A DNA stretch of 62,991 nucleotides, counting the filler, from Octopus bimaculoides (taxonomy: Eukaryota), in the NCBI RefSeq assembly GCF_001194135.2. It is 5 parts of 5 records of this genome, joined end to end, with 100 filler letters (N's around TTAATTAATTAA, not from the genome) between each part and the next. Parts side by side here need not be neighbours in the genome. Positions count along the whole stretch, not along the records: positions 1 to 21,410 come from NC_068996.1; positions 21,511 to 26,220 come from NC_069002.1; positions 26,321 to 47,096 come from NC_068981.1; 2 more parts are not named here. One strand, written 5' to 3'. Made by a program: the position numbers and the translations under genes. Shown piece by piece: positions 14,125 to 26,426 of this stretch. Under the pieces are notes generated by a model. That model had not been told where the DNA came from. It made no database searches and saw only the letters and a list, made by a program, of their open reading frames with translations. Within the stretch, counting starts at the first letter, position 1. Each line of letters begins with the position of its first letter.

Positions 14125-14900
14125 AAACAATATGGTAGTAGCCATAGCCATTCATAATAAAAAAAGAATACTGGTGGAATGTCCCAGTGAAGACCTCAAT
14201 AAAATGTAAGCACAACAGACCTGATATAATGATTTGGGATAGAGAAGAGAAACTGTGTTACAGTTGTGGAAATTAGCTGCCCAGTAGATGTTAACATAAA
14301 GCTGAAGATCAGTGAAAATGAAAACACCTATGCTGAACTATTGAGAAATCTGCAGTTGCTATATCCAGATTACAAGTTCAGGTGTATAACAGTAATTATT
14401 GAGGCCCTGGGATATGTAACAATCAGCCTAAATACCAACCTTGAGAAATTAGTCATCTGAAAACCAGAAAGAAGAAAGCTAATTCGAAGGCTACAGATCC
14501 AACCCATCATTGAAACTGTAAAAATCTGTAAAACTTTCCAGAAGTTCATCATTTAAATATATATGAGCATATCTAGAAATGCAACTACATGCATGAGAAT
14601 ACATACATAATACATACATACATATATACGTACATACAAACATACATACATACATGCATGCATGCATACATACATACAAGCATACATACATACATGCACA
14701 CAGACATACATACATACATACATACATACATGCACACATACATACATACATACATACATACATGCATACATACATGCTTACAGAAATACCCTGTTGATGT
14801 TGAAATTGCAATGATAAAACCATGGATCTAGGTTAGAAACCGGCTCTTTCTGTATTAGCAAGAAATCTTGAAATGAAACTGAACAATGACATATATACAT
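14125..14900 (+). mobile_element. 5'-truncated RLE retrotransposon copy in (TACA)n
   Basis: YWWNVPVKTSIKCKHNRPDIMIWDREEK..VEISCPVDVNIKLKISE..IIEALGYV..VKICKTFQKF. The 3' UTR has an internal (TACA)n and ends CTGAACAATGACATATATAC. Confidence 0.9.
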
Positions 14901-14904
14901 AAGA

Positions 14905-15130
14905 AACATTAATAAGGAATTTGCGAATCCAGTCCCCAAGATAGACTTTCATCTTCATAGCTATTATTATTGGAGCAACAGGATACATACCAAGCTGTCT
15001 GGAACAAAATATGCTTGAACATGGGATCTTGGGGAGAGAAAGCAAACACTTAATGTATACATTACAAATGATCACGGAATCTAGGACTATAAAAATTTGC
15101 AAGACCTTCTTAATATGAACAACACAATAT
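14905..15130 (+). mobile_element. Short 3' fragment of a related RLE retrotransposon
   Basis: IIIGATGYIPSCLEQN..LQMITESRTIKICKTFLNMN, homologous to the C-terminus of the 1597-5216 element. Confidence 0.75.
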
Positions 15131-15356
15131 GATTTCCTTCCCAACCTTGCTATCTAGTAGATGGCTGGTTAAAATTTATACTGAATTAATGAGAGAAAGC
15201 GAAGAATACACACAAACACACATACACACATACACACACACACACACACACACCACACATAATCCACACACACACATGAGTACACAAAAATGCACGCACA
15301 CATATGCACATACATACATACACACGCAAACATAGACGCACACACAAATGCACGCT

Positions 15357-15409
<53 letters not shown>

Positions 15410-15572
15410 ACACGTTCTGCTGGTGACTCAGTACCTGACTCAAAGAAGAGAGTTGCTCAATGGCGAGATAATCTACTTACTGATTAGGGGGCCAACGAAG
15501 ATGTAAGAATCTCAATGCACGCATGTGCACCAATTGTCACTGGCATCTCGAGACCCACAACCGTAAAATTAT

Positions 15573-15663
15573 TACATTATTTACATTATTTACATTTGAC
15601 GGATATTTGCCCCCCCCCCATCTTGACAAATATCCGTCAAATGTAAATAATGTAAATAATGTA
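15573..15663. repeat. Perfect 37-bp inverted repeat with a 17-nt loop, made from a Penelope-like tail sequence
   Basis: 15573-15609 is the exact reverse complement of 15627-15663. The arm sequence CAAATATCCGTCAAATGTAAATAATGTAAATAA also occurs at about 20324-20356. Confidence 0.9.
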
Positions 15664-15722
15664 TATAATTCCTCATCTACTAAATATGGAACTGTATTGC
15701 GTAAAGTTAGTGTTGTTAGTAA

Positions 15723-15925
15723 TTAAACCCTCTGACCAACGATGGCATTTCTTTGCAAACGATTAAGCTCTTGTCTTGTCAGTATTCCTTGAGGCAAAAC
15801 GCGAGCGGCAATGTGCAAATGGCAATGCGCGAGTGTCACGTGCGAATGACAATGCGCGCGTAAGCATGTGCGAGTGGAAATGCGCGAGTGGACGTCAGAT
15901 GCTCCTTGAGGCAATGCGCGAGTGA
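15723..15925. mobile_element. Probable DNA transposon end with subterminal repeats
   Basis: Starts TTAAACCCTCTG. CpG-rich, with four copies of an AATGCGCG(A/C)GT motif (15821-15925) and TCCTTGAGGCAA twice. Superfamily uncertain. Confidence 0.4.
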
Positions 15926-16415
15926 TTATCAGCGAAAGAACATCACCGAACTTATGTAAACGGTCGCCTCCTGCGCAGACCAGTCAGATATATCATTTTT
16001 CTCTGTCCATTTTTTATGTGAGATCAACACTACTTTGTTCGTCACTTCTCTAATTTTCTCTCCATCAGAAGGTCTTAATTTTGTCAGATACTACGCACAC
16101 TTGTTGTTTCCAGAGAAAGCTGTTTTCTTCATTCTCTAATTGTCACTAGGAATTCATCAATATAAATACATACATACACCCGCGTACACATACACATACA
16201 CACATTCATAAAATATATAATACATCAGAATGGGAAAGAATACTAACGCATTATACATTAATATATATATATATATATATATATATACGTGTGTGTATAC
16301 TTATATAAGAGTATGCATTCGCACATTATATGTATATATATTATATGTGCATATGTATTACAAAACTGAACAAAACACAGTGATATATATATATACATAC
16401 ATACATACATATACA

Positions 16416-16459
<44 letters not shown>

Positions 16460-16479
16460 GGTGTGTGTGTGTGTGTGTG

Positions 16480-16513
<34 letters not shown>

Positions 16514-17339
16514 CGTATGTATGTATGTATATATTTACCGTGGGTAATTCGGCTAGCATTATAAAATACTGATAAAATGGATATGGTGTAAACATGCACC
16601 TGATAACGACTTTAAATAAATTGCCATATAACCATATATACTGCGGTAAGTATGAGTTGAGTGAGTTACGATTAATCGACCGGATATTGTTGTCAATGGA
16701 GACCAGGAAAGGAAGTATTTCCTGAGATATCACATCCAACAGATGATAATGTTTCTCAGAAAAAAAAATGGCGGAATTATCCATGCATATATATCATGGT
16801 ATAAAGATACGCAGAATATGGTTACTTAGCGCAGGAACAATGCCTATGATGATGGGAATGTTTAAAAAATGAGAAAGACAGTGAAATATCTATATAGCAT
16901 GTGAGAGTATATACATAAACGCATTATAGCGAAAATATCACTTACTGAGACACTTCACGCCTATTTTTAAGACCGCTTTCAATACATTAAAAAAATGCAA
17001 ACCCAAAACTCTATTCGTGTCGAAAAACTCAGAGCTGAACTCGTTTTGTGCAGTGGAAACATGCAATAATATATATACATATTTATTTCCCTTAAATGCA
17101 ACACATAAAAATATTCAAATACACTAGAGTAGTCAAAGCATTGAATGGTGTGCATAAGTCATGAATGTGCACAAGATATAATCCATTTAATGAATACAAA
17201 TTTGTGGTTGAGGTAGTAAATGGACGAACAATAACAGAGGTCGATATAATTGATTATGCCCTATCAACATTAACATTAAGAAGGGAAACAAAACTTAACA
17301 TAAACTAATATAATTTTGGCCTTTATATAGGTAAAAAAA

Positions 17340-17790
17340 ATTATTAGATATACTAATTTCGAATCTTGATACAAGGCCAACAATTTCGTGGGAGAGAGTA
17401 AGTCGATGGATTACATAGACCCAAGTGGTCAGCTGGTATTTATTCATCGATCCAGAAAGAACGAAAGGCAAAATGGGCCTTGACAGCATTTGAACTCGGA
17501 ACGTTAAGTCCGAAAATATGCCATTAAGCATTTTGTCCGGCGTAGTAACGATTCTGCCAGCTCGTGGGCATAAAGAAGATATTGGAAATATTGATTTCAA
17601 ATTTTGGCACAAAGCCAGCAATTTTGGAAGAGCAGGTAAGTCGATTACATCAACCCCAGGGCTCAATTGGTATTTATTTTATCGACCCCGAAAGAATGTT
17701 AACCTCGGTGGAATTAGTACTCAGAACGTAAAGACGGACGAAATGTCGCTAAGCCTTTTATCCAGCACAGTACGATTCTGTCAGCACGCT
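17340..17790 (-). mobile_element. Tandem pair of family B SINEs (conserved central domain, ATT-type tail)
   Basis: Two degenerate reverse copies of the GGCGGCGAGCTGGCAGAATCGTTA..TTCTGAGTTCAAAT..GCCTTTCATCCTTTCGGGGTCGATAAA..GTACCAG..GGCCTTGT..AAATTTGAA element seen at 48867-49030. Confidence 0.75.
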
Positions 17791-19457
17791 GCCATAAAAA
17801 AGATATTAGAAATATCAGAAAATTAAAAATATTCTCGGTTATTACGGTTGTCTGTTTTCCCTCAAAATGCCTTGCGTTCAACGAATGAAGGATAAATGAA
17901 TTAAAAAATATATGGGAAACGTAAGTTTCGTTCCGAGATTCAAAATTCCGAGACTCAAAGCAGAAACTTCGACTGATCGCCGACTCCTGTTATCACAGAT
18001 GAATTCGTGACAAGCGTGACACAGTTCACAATGAGCATGGTTTCTTATCAAAGATCAACGATCAATGAATCAGTGGTAATCGAAGATAGACTTATTAGAA
18101 ATATGACTTAGTTGAAGTTCTTAAAAGTGACAGTATAGTAAGAAGTTTGCTTTTCAACTACATGGTTCCGAGTTCTTGAATCATTGACAAGGCAATCAAA
18201 ATAACTGAATGTATATGAGGTGAATAAGGTAGCCTGCATGCCTTATTGGGCACTAATGTACTTATCACATATTAACTTTGCTAGACATTGCCTTTCTACC
18301 AGTTGAAACCTAACCACTGAACGTTGAACTTCCTCGGCGCAATCCACAAAACAAATAAGCATTTTATATATACAATATTGAGTAGCTGTCAGCTCTTCTC
18401 AGATCATCTACTCTTTGTACGATAAAATATAGACGTTGAGTTGCAGAATGGTGAAAAAATATTTTATATCTGTCTATCTGTGTCTGTCAATCTCTCTGTG
18501 CAATTCTGTCTTGTATGAATGGATGTATGTATATCGTTTCTGTTTTTCTCCGTCCCTCTCAAACGAAAATTAGTTTTGAAACATCAGTTTTCGCTATTCC
18601 CAGCAGCGCACTTATTTATTCAATCTCATAAAACTTTACTAATGAAATTTTATTTAGTTTACTTTAATGCATTACATTGTTATTTACTAGTTTATATATA
18701 ATGCTAGTATTGTTTTGTTCAAAGTAGATGCTAGTTTTATTTGCTATACAACGACAACATGTTACAGTATTTTAATCCTTATATAAGCCGAAGTTCATTA
18801 CTTGAATTAAATTCCACCATCGGACAAAATGACACCATATTATCAATTCGCCTTTTCTATTTTTTTACTGTCTTTCTATAATAGTTCTCATAGCCATTAC
18901 CATATTCGTCATTATATCTCTTCTTAAAACTTCACCTCATCTGACATTTATAATTTTCTTCTTGTTTCAATTCTACAGTCAACATTTTTGTTTACAAACA
19001 CTTGTTATTATCTAAATGTCATTCAATAGCAAATCTAACCAAAACAATAATTCTTTTCACATTAAATCCATATACTTCACTACTCATAATCCTTATCTTT
19101 TCACTATTATTATGCAGACACGATTTCTTATTATAATTATCAAGAATGTATTATATTTATGCTTCCCTTCATAAATGAAAAAAAATTCAAAAAACCAAAC
19201 ACGGAAGCAAAAACTAGCAATTGTCTATAATGTCAAACACAAAAACGAATGCAGAAATTACAACTGAAATATGTGAAAATTTATGGTGAATAATCTTAAG
19301 TGGAAAAGCAATTGTCCAATGCCAAGACATGTATGTTCTTGCTATTCTCTAGTATTTTCCAACTGATATATTTTTTAAAAAATTTACATTTGCTGAGTTC
19401 AGAAAAAGAGACAATATCCATGGATTTTGCAGGTTCTTAATAATGATGATGATGATG

Positions 19458-19543
<86 letters not shown>

Positions 19544-19545
<2 letters not shown>

Positions 19546-20113
19546 TATTATCTCTGGCTGCCCAGTCCTGGCTAAGAAGGAATATATTCACAGACACGAC
19601 AGAGCTGGGACCTATATACACTGGAAGCTATGCCAACACTGGAATAACAACAGAAAAAAAGATGGTATAAACACACGCCANNNNNNNNNNNNNNNNNNNN
19701 NNNNNNNNNNNNNNNNNNNNNNNNNNNNNNNNNNNNNNNNNNNNNNNNNNNNNNNNNNNNNNNNNNNNNNNNNNNNNNNNNNNNNNNNNNNNNNNNNNNN
19801 NNNNNNNNNNNNNNNNNNNNNNNNNNNNNNNNNNNNNNNNNNNGAATCTAAAAACAGAAACAATTCCTATCATAGCAGGCGCCTTAGGTATAATATAAAA
19901 AATATTCAGACAAATACATAACAAAAACACCAGGACTTACAAATATATATAACATACAGAAAATTGCACTACTGGGTACTGCACACATTCTACGCAAAAC
20001 ACTTTCAATACAGTAAACATAAGAGCACCACAGCAAACCACAGCACATACCCAAGTCACACAGAGCTGCGCTCGGTAGTGAAGTGAAAGCACATTATAAA
20101 AATAAAACTCCTG
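19544..20113 (+). mobile_element. 5'-truncated Dong-like RLE retrotransposon inserted in (TAA)n
   Basis: IISGCPVLAKKEYIHRHDRAGTYIHWKLCQH..ETIPIIAGALG..NIQKIALLGTAHILRKTLSIQ*. (AAT)n lies directly on both sides (about 19458-19543 and 20114-20208). Dong-type R4-clade elements are known to target TAA repeats. Confidence 0.9.
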
Positions 20114-20132
20114 AATAATAATGATAATAATA

Positions 20133-20187
<55 letters not shown>

Positions 20188-20208
20188 TAATAATAATAAT
20201 AATAATAA

Positions 20209-20356
20209 CATAGAAACATACCTTAGGAATGAGAACCCAGGTTCGAAATTTTCCCAAGACACCTTATGTAGGCTGGAGGGTATATTAGCCGAAACGTTGT
20301 GTTAACAACAAACAAGATGAGGACAAATATCCGTCAAATGTAAATAATGTAAATAA
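20209..20356 (+). mobile_element. Penelope-like terminal repeat with a mutated minimal hammerhead ribozyme
   Basis: GACAC-CTTATGTA-GGCTG gagggtatat TAGCC-GAAA-CGTT-GTGTT (about 20258-20303). Stem I GACAC/GTGTT, stem II GGCTG/TAGCC, GAAA core and palindromic AACGTT are present; the CTGATGA core is altered to CTTATGT. Confidence 0.6.
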
Positions 20357-20901
20357 AAGATTTATTATTTCTCATCTTTCATTTCTCGCTATCTGTCATT
20401 TCAGTAAGATTTTTCCCCTCACGAAAGAACACACCTAGTTAAGAATAATAAAGGAAAATATATGATAATTTTAATTTTGACATATAAAGAAAAAACTAGG
20501 TCAAAATAATATAGTTTATTGCGAGGGAAGTAACAAATGGTTTGCCAGAGAGCAATTAAGAAGCGACAACAAAGTGGTTTGAGCTGCTACATTTATCACT
20601 TTAAATGATCTCAACATGAATCCTACCATCGATCTCCAACGGTACATAGGAACGCCATTTTGGTCGCTTTTGAAGTAGTTCAATATAAAGGGTTGTTCTT
20701 TAGGCTGATTGTTGAATATTGAATGTTAATGTGTCGACGCATCACTAGCAGGACCCACAGTATGCATTCCTGCGGAATTATTGTGATTTTCATGTCATTA
20801 TATCATATATTTACAATGGTATTTTTATAGGTTGAAATGAACAAAAGCAAAACGGTGGCACCTAACGGGCAAGGGTATTTTCTTTACAATGTAAACAAAA
20901 T

Positions 20902-21060
20902 AGGCGCAGGCGTGGCTGTATGATAAGAGCTAAATTCTCGACCAGATAGATCCGGGTTCAGTCCAACTGCATGGTACCTTGGGCAAGTCTTCTATTCGGG
21001 TCAACTAAAAGTTTGTGAGTGGGTTTGGAAGAAAGGAGCTGGAAGAAACCGGTCGTAAAT
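20902..21060 (+). mobile_element. SINE family A, head
   Basis: TAGGCGCAGGCGTGGCTGT..CCGGGTTCAGTCC..CCTTGGGCAAGT, homologous to 5893-6324. Confidence 0.75.
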
Positions 21061-21410
21061 ATATATGTATATATATATAATAATATTAGGGACAAAATCC
21101 AAAATTACAGGTAAAAAACTCAATTAACATCAATTTATAAAAAATTAAAATTAAATTGAGCCTTATAGATAAAGTATATATAAAATATATAGTTTTAGGG
21201 AAAATAACCAATTTTCAAGAACTCATCGATGAAAATCCACTATCACATATAGAAAAATTAATAATTAAAAGCACAATAAATTAGTATAATATAAAGTAAA
21301 GTAAATATCATAAGATAAATATAATAAAAAAGATTACACGTGTTTCATAACCAATTTTCAAATAGAAAAGAAATTTAAATCGATTAAAATCAATTGAAAT
21401 TATCGAAAAT

Positions 21411-21510
21411 NNNNNNNNNNNNNNNNNNNNNNNNNNNNNNNNNNNNNNNNNNNNTTAATTAATTAANNNNNNNNNNNNNNNNNNNNNNNNNNNNNNNNNN
21501 NNNNNNNNNN
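21411..21510. other. Artificial scaffold join: 44 N + TTAATTAATTAA + 44 N
   Basis: Exactly 100 bp with a central 12-mer that has stops in all six frames; identical at four positions. Confidence 0.95.
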
Positions 21511-23997
21511 ATATATATATACATATATATGTATATATGTTCGTCTACGTAAATGTGTATGTTTGTATATGTGTGTATATTTATTTATTATTCAATGTTT
21601 ACATGGGAACATTAACATTGTCAACAAACTGAATTAATTCACTAACAACCCGTAGGTATTATATTTTTCTCTCCCACCTTCCTCGCTATTATCTCTACCT
21701 ATTACTTTCGGTTGTCACTCTCTTGGGTTCTGTATTCAATCCCCGTCTCCCTCACTCACTCTAACCTTCTCTCTATATATATCTCTCTCTACTTTTCTCT
21801 TTCTCTTCCAATATTTTCTATGAGCATTAAATCTGTCAACAAACAGAACGTATATTTTTCTCGTATTCTTATTAGAATATCCCCCATTTTGATTTTTATT
21901 CCATCACTGACATTTTTTTCTTTCTTTCTCTCTTTCTTTCTTTCTCTGTCTGTCTGTTTGTCTCTCTCTCTGTTTTGATGTATTTATCTTCCTTTCTTGC
22001 TTAATGTGTAATCTTTGAAACATTAAACCTCGTGACCACACTCACATATTACCATCTCTTTCACGAGTTATCGTTCTTCTTATTCTCCCATTTATAACAT
22101 ATCGCTCTTCACTTCTCTTATATGAAACATCATACATTCTGTTTTCCATGTCAATTTTTATGTAAGTTTATATGTGTGTATGTATGTACATATTTATGTA
22201 TGAACATATGTATATATATTATTTATATATGTATATGTATATATACGTATATACGTGCGTGTATATACATATATATATATATACATATATGTGCATATAT
22301 ATATATATNNNNNNNNNNNNNNNNNNNNNNNNNNNNNNNNNNNNNNNNNNNNNNNNNNNNNNNNNNNNNNNNNNNNNNNNNNNNNNNNNNNNNNNNNNNN
22401 NNNNNNNNNNNNNNNNNNNNNNNNNNNNNNNNNNNNNNNNNNNNNNNNNNNNNNNNNNNNNNNNNNNNNNNNNNNNNNNNNNNNNNNNNNNNNNNNNNNN
22501 NNNNNNNNNNNNNNNNNNNNNNNNNNNNNNNNNNNNNNNNNNNNNNNNNNNNNNNNNNNNNNNNNNNNNNNNNNNNNNNNNNNNNNNNNNNNNNNNNNNN
22601 NNNNNNNNNNNNNNNNNNNNNNNNNNNNNNNNNNNNNNNNNNNNNNNNNNNNNNNNNNNNNNNNNNNNNNNNNNNNNNNNNNNNNNNNNNNNNNNNNNNN
22701 NNNNNNNNNNNNNNNNNNNNNNNNNNNNNNNNNNNNNNNNNNNNNNNNNNNNNNNNNNNNNNNNNNNNNNNNNNNNNNNNNNNNNNNNNNNNNNNNNNNN
22801 NNNNNNNNNNNNNTTATATGAAACATCATACATTCTGTTTTCCATGTCAATTTTTATGTAAGTTTATATGTGTGTATGTATGTACATATTTATGTATGAA
22901 CATATGTATATATATTATTTATATATGTATATGTATATATACGTATATACGTGCGTGTATATACATATATATATATATACATATATATATATGTATGTAT
23001 GTATATCTTGTTATATTTCGAGACGATTATTATTTTCTCATCAAATAAACAAACGCGCCATATATTCGTTCTTCATTCGTTTTTCATTGTTCTTATATTT
23101 TATATAAATTCTCTGGAAACCTTTACCCATATGTTTTTCACCTCTTCAGCGACTGTTCTGCTGTATCCTCCTGTTCTATTTATTTCATTCACACACCCAG
23201 TTAGTGGCTCAAGAACATACGCAGATAAGGATACACATCACACAAAAAACCGAATGGACTATAGAGCACAGGATGGATGCACATGGACGGAAGAGTCGCC
23301 GAAGAGGTCGCAGATGTCTGACGAAAGATTTCTAAGCAATGGACATAAGATAAAATTAGAATAATAATAAACGGGTGAGTAACGAATATATTGGGCGTAT
23401 GTTCATTCAGCAAGAACAAAACTGACCGTCCTGAAATGTACCAATATCTGTTTCTAAACACGATTTCACCTCAGAAATCTAGTAAAAGGTGCAAGGCAGT
23501 GGCTCTGAACCCGCATGGTTGGGGTTGCAAAACAAGCTCATTTCTTACATGGTCAAGGCTGTGAAACACGCAATAGACATTACCACTCTACATCAAATCT
23601 ATGGGTACTGTTTTAAACATCTTTCGGGTTTAGCTCTGTGTCTAGCGTGTACACCTGGTGTGATACATCTGAACGCATATCTCACAGTTCATTGCTTTAA
23701 GATATAGATTTCAACTACGAATGTATCTAACAAACGCGCATTCGATACTCCGAAACACAGTAATATATACATTATACATTGTGTTATTGTATTTGGTTTG
23801 CAAGATTCGTTATATGAATTGGTGCGTTGAAGCATATTTTATTGCGTTTGGGAGAGTCACAGATTCGATTTCCACTCAATAATTTTTTTCTAAAATGTTC
23901 GCTGCTTGATACAACCTGTTCAAGAGTCAACGACTACTGAACAGATTGCAAAACGCAACGAACATTTTAAAGATGTTAGCTAACCCATCGTGTATAG

Positions 23998-24033
<36 letters not shown>

Positions 24034-24040
24034 TATACAG

Positions 24041-24104
<64 letters not shown>

Positions 24105-24791
24105 ACATATATATTGATGTGTGTATTTGTACCTATATAGAGCGTGTATTTGTGTATAAATGTATGTGCTCATGTGTGTGTATGTGTGTAAGTGTGTGTA
24201 TGTGTTTACGCACACGCATATTCACACACATATGTATGTACATCCTATAAATGCAAATACGAAACATACACTTCCGCATTGAAAGCTTTGTATATTCTTA
24301 CATACATATATACGTTCCTATGTTCAAGTGAAAATATATAAATGTTAGATCTGCTTTATGTACATCATTTATTGTTTGCCCTACCAATAAACCTGTCAAA
24401 ACGCAAGTCATTTGAGTTATATGTTCAGAATAGTTTACACTCGTAGATTAAAATTAGAGTCAATTATTTACTTCAATTTGAAAAGCAAACAAACAAAAAA
24501 AAGAATGAAAATTCTCTTTAATATCTAACGTATGTCACTTGGTTGGCGATTTATTTCTCCCTGTTGTGTACGATATCTACATCTGACATCTTCACCGCAA
24601 ATCTTTTATGTACACAGTCATCTTGATACAAACGTTGTCTAATATCCAACGAACATTTCTGTATCTTTAAAATATTACAAAGTGAATTGCAACATGATCA
24701 TGTGTTGGAATACTAACGGTTGTAAATGCTTTTATCACCACTCCTTTTGCTTTGTTCGTTATATTGTGGGATGGAATTGTTCTCAGATACA

Positions 24792-24891
24792 TTAGCGTGA
24801 CATTTTGGCGATCTGCAACAATGCCGAAAACACAACGTCATTAAAGAGGGATCGAGCAAGATTCGGAGTACCATACTTTTGTATCACCTTC
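24792..24891 (-). CDS. Candidate terminal coding exon of an unidentified minus-strand gene
   Basis: Acceptor ctaatg..ttatacaccAG. Phase-2 start gives (E)KVIQKYGTPNLARSLFNDVVFSALLQIAKMSR*, in frame with exon 26337-26426. Confidence 0.45.
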
Positions 24892-25177
24892 CTGGTGTAT
24901 AAACGGATTTTTAAACAAACATTAGGTAAACCTGCGCAATGAACTAACCAGTGAATCAAACAGTAGTCTCAAGAGTATAAATAGTTTTCAAATATACTTT
25001 GAATAGCTATCTGGATACTGGAATATAGCGTATTCTTCTAGATGATGTATAATTTCTGAATACTTATTGTAGACCCCCATACATCCAACGACACAATGGT
25101 AGTGACATACATATACATACATGCATACATACATACATATAGATACGTATATGCGTGTGTATATGTGTATATGAATA

Positions 25178-25210
<33 letters not shown>

Positions 25211-26220
25211 NNNNNNNNNNNNNNNNNNNNNNNNNNNNNNNNNNNNNNNNNNNNNNNNNNNNNNNNNNNNNNNNNNNNNNNNNNNNNNNNNNNNNNNNNN
25301 NNNNNNNNNNNNNNNNNNNNNNNNNNNNNNNNNNNNNNNNNNNNNNNNNNNNNNNNNNNNNNNNNNNNNNNNNNNNNNNNNNNNNNNNNNNNNNNNNNNN
25401 NNNNNNNNNNNNNNNNNNNNNNNNNNNNNNNNNNNNNNNNNNNNNNNNNNNNNNNNNNNNNNNNNNNNNNNNNNNNNNNNNNNNNNNNNNNNNNNNNNNN
25501 NNNNNNNNNNNNNNNNNNNNNNNNNNNNNNNNNNNNNNNNNNNNNNNNNNNNNNNNNNNNNNNNNNNNNNNNNNNNNNNNNNNNNNNNNNNNNNNNNNNN
25601 NNNNNNNNNNNNNNNNNNNNNNNNNNNNNNNNNNNNNNNNNNNNNNNNNNNNNNNNNNNNNNNNNNNNNNNNNNNNNNNNNNNNNNNNNNNNNNNNNNNN
25701 NNNNNNNNNNNNNNAAATGAAAAATAAAAACTTTTACCAATCTATATTCTGTACCATGGTTTCAAGTCAATTTTAGTAAGATAAAAAATATTTATATCTT
25801 ACAAGGTCGGACTATCATCAGCAGAAATGACCAGACAACATATGAAGCACGAGTCAAATAAGCAGCATGGTTCGTGTTCCTATGTCTAATTTTTCAAAAT
25901 ATACCGCGTATTTGCGGTTTACCTAATCGGCAGCAAATACAAAAATGCCGAAATTCTTTCAGAAAATTACCCAAGAAGAATGTTATCACTCATTAATAAA
26001 TTATAGGATAGCAAAAGAATTTTAGAAATTTTATTTACCACCAGTGGTCTAGCGAGAGTAAAAAAACAGTCAATAGACTATGTATTATTCATTTAAAATG
26101 CAGAGATGCCTATAATAGGACATCTACTCGCTAGAAATAGCAGCAAAAGACTACATACCACAAAAATTAGGGATAATTTCGAAAGGAAATGAAAAATAAA
26201 AACTTTTACCAATCTATATT

Positions 26221-26320
26221 NNNNNNNNNNNNNNNNNNNNNNNNNNNNNNNNNNNNNNNNNNNNTTAATTAATTAANNNNNNNNNNNNNNNNNNNNNNNN
26301 NNNNNNNNNNNNNNNNNNNN
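26221..26320. other. Artificial scaffold join: 44 N + TTAATTAATTAA + 44 N
   Basis: Same 100-bp spacer. Confidence 0.95.
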
Positions 26321-26336
26321 TCGGATGTCCCCTTAC

Positions 26337-26426
26337 TCCCATGTGTGCATATACAAGTTTTTATAAGCAAACATTCCACCACATACGTTGTTTGTGGCAT
26401 CAGCGCTATTAGCCATATCTAGAAAG
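26337..26426 (-). CDS. Candidate internal coding exon (90 bp, phase 2-2) of the unidentified minus-strand gene
   Basis: Acceptor ctaataaacacttacAG, donor GA|GTAAGG. The only open frame is FLDMANSADATNNVCGGMFAYKNLYMHTW. Confidence 0.5.

Noticed and set aside
22121-23000. Direct repeat of about 190 bp flanking a gap of about 500 N
   Set aside because: Same assembly artefact pattern at a (TA)n tract.
23150-23375. Exon-like region ending CGG|GTGAGT
   Set aside because: Stops in all frames before the donor; could be non-coding or a decayed repeat.
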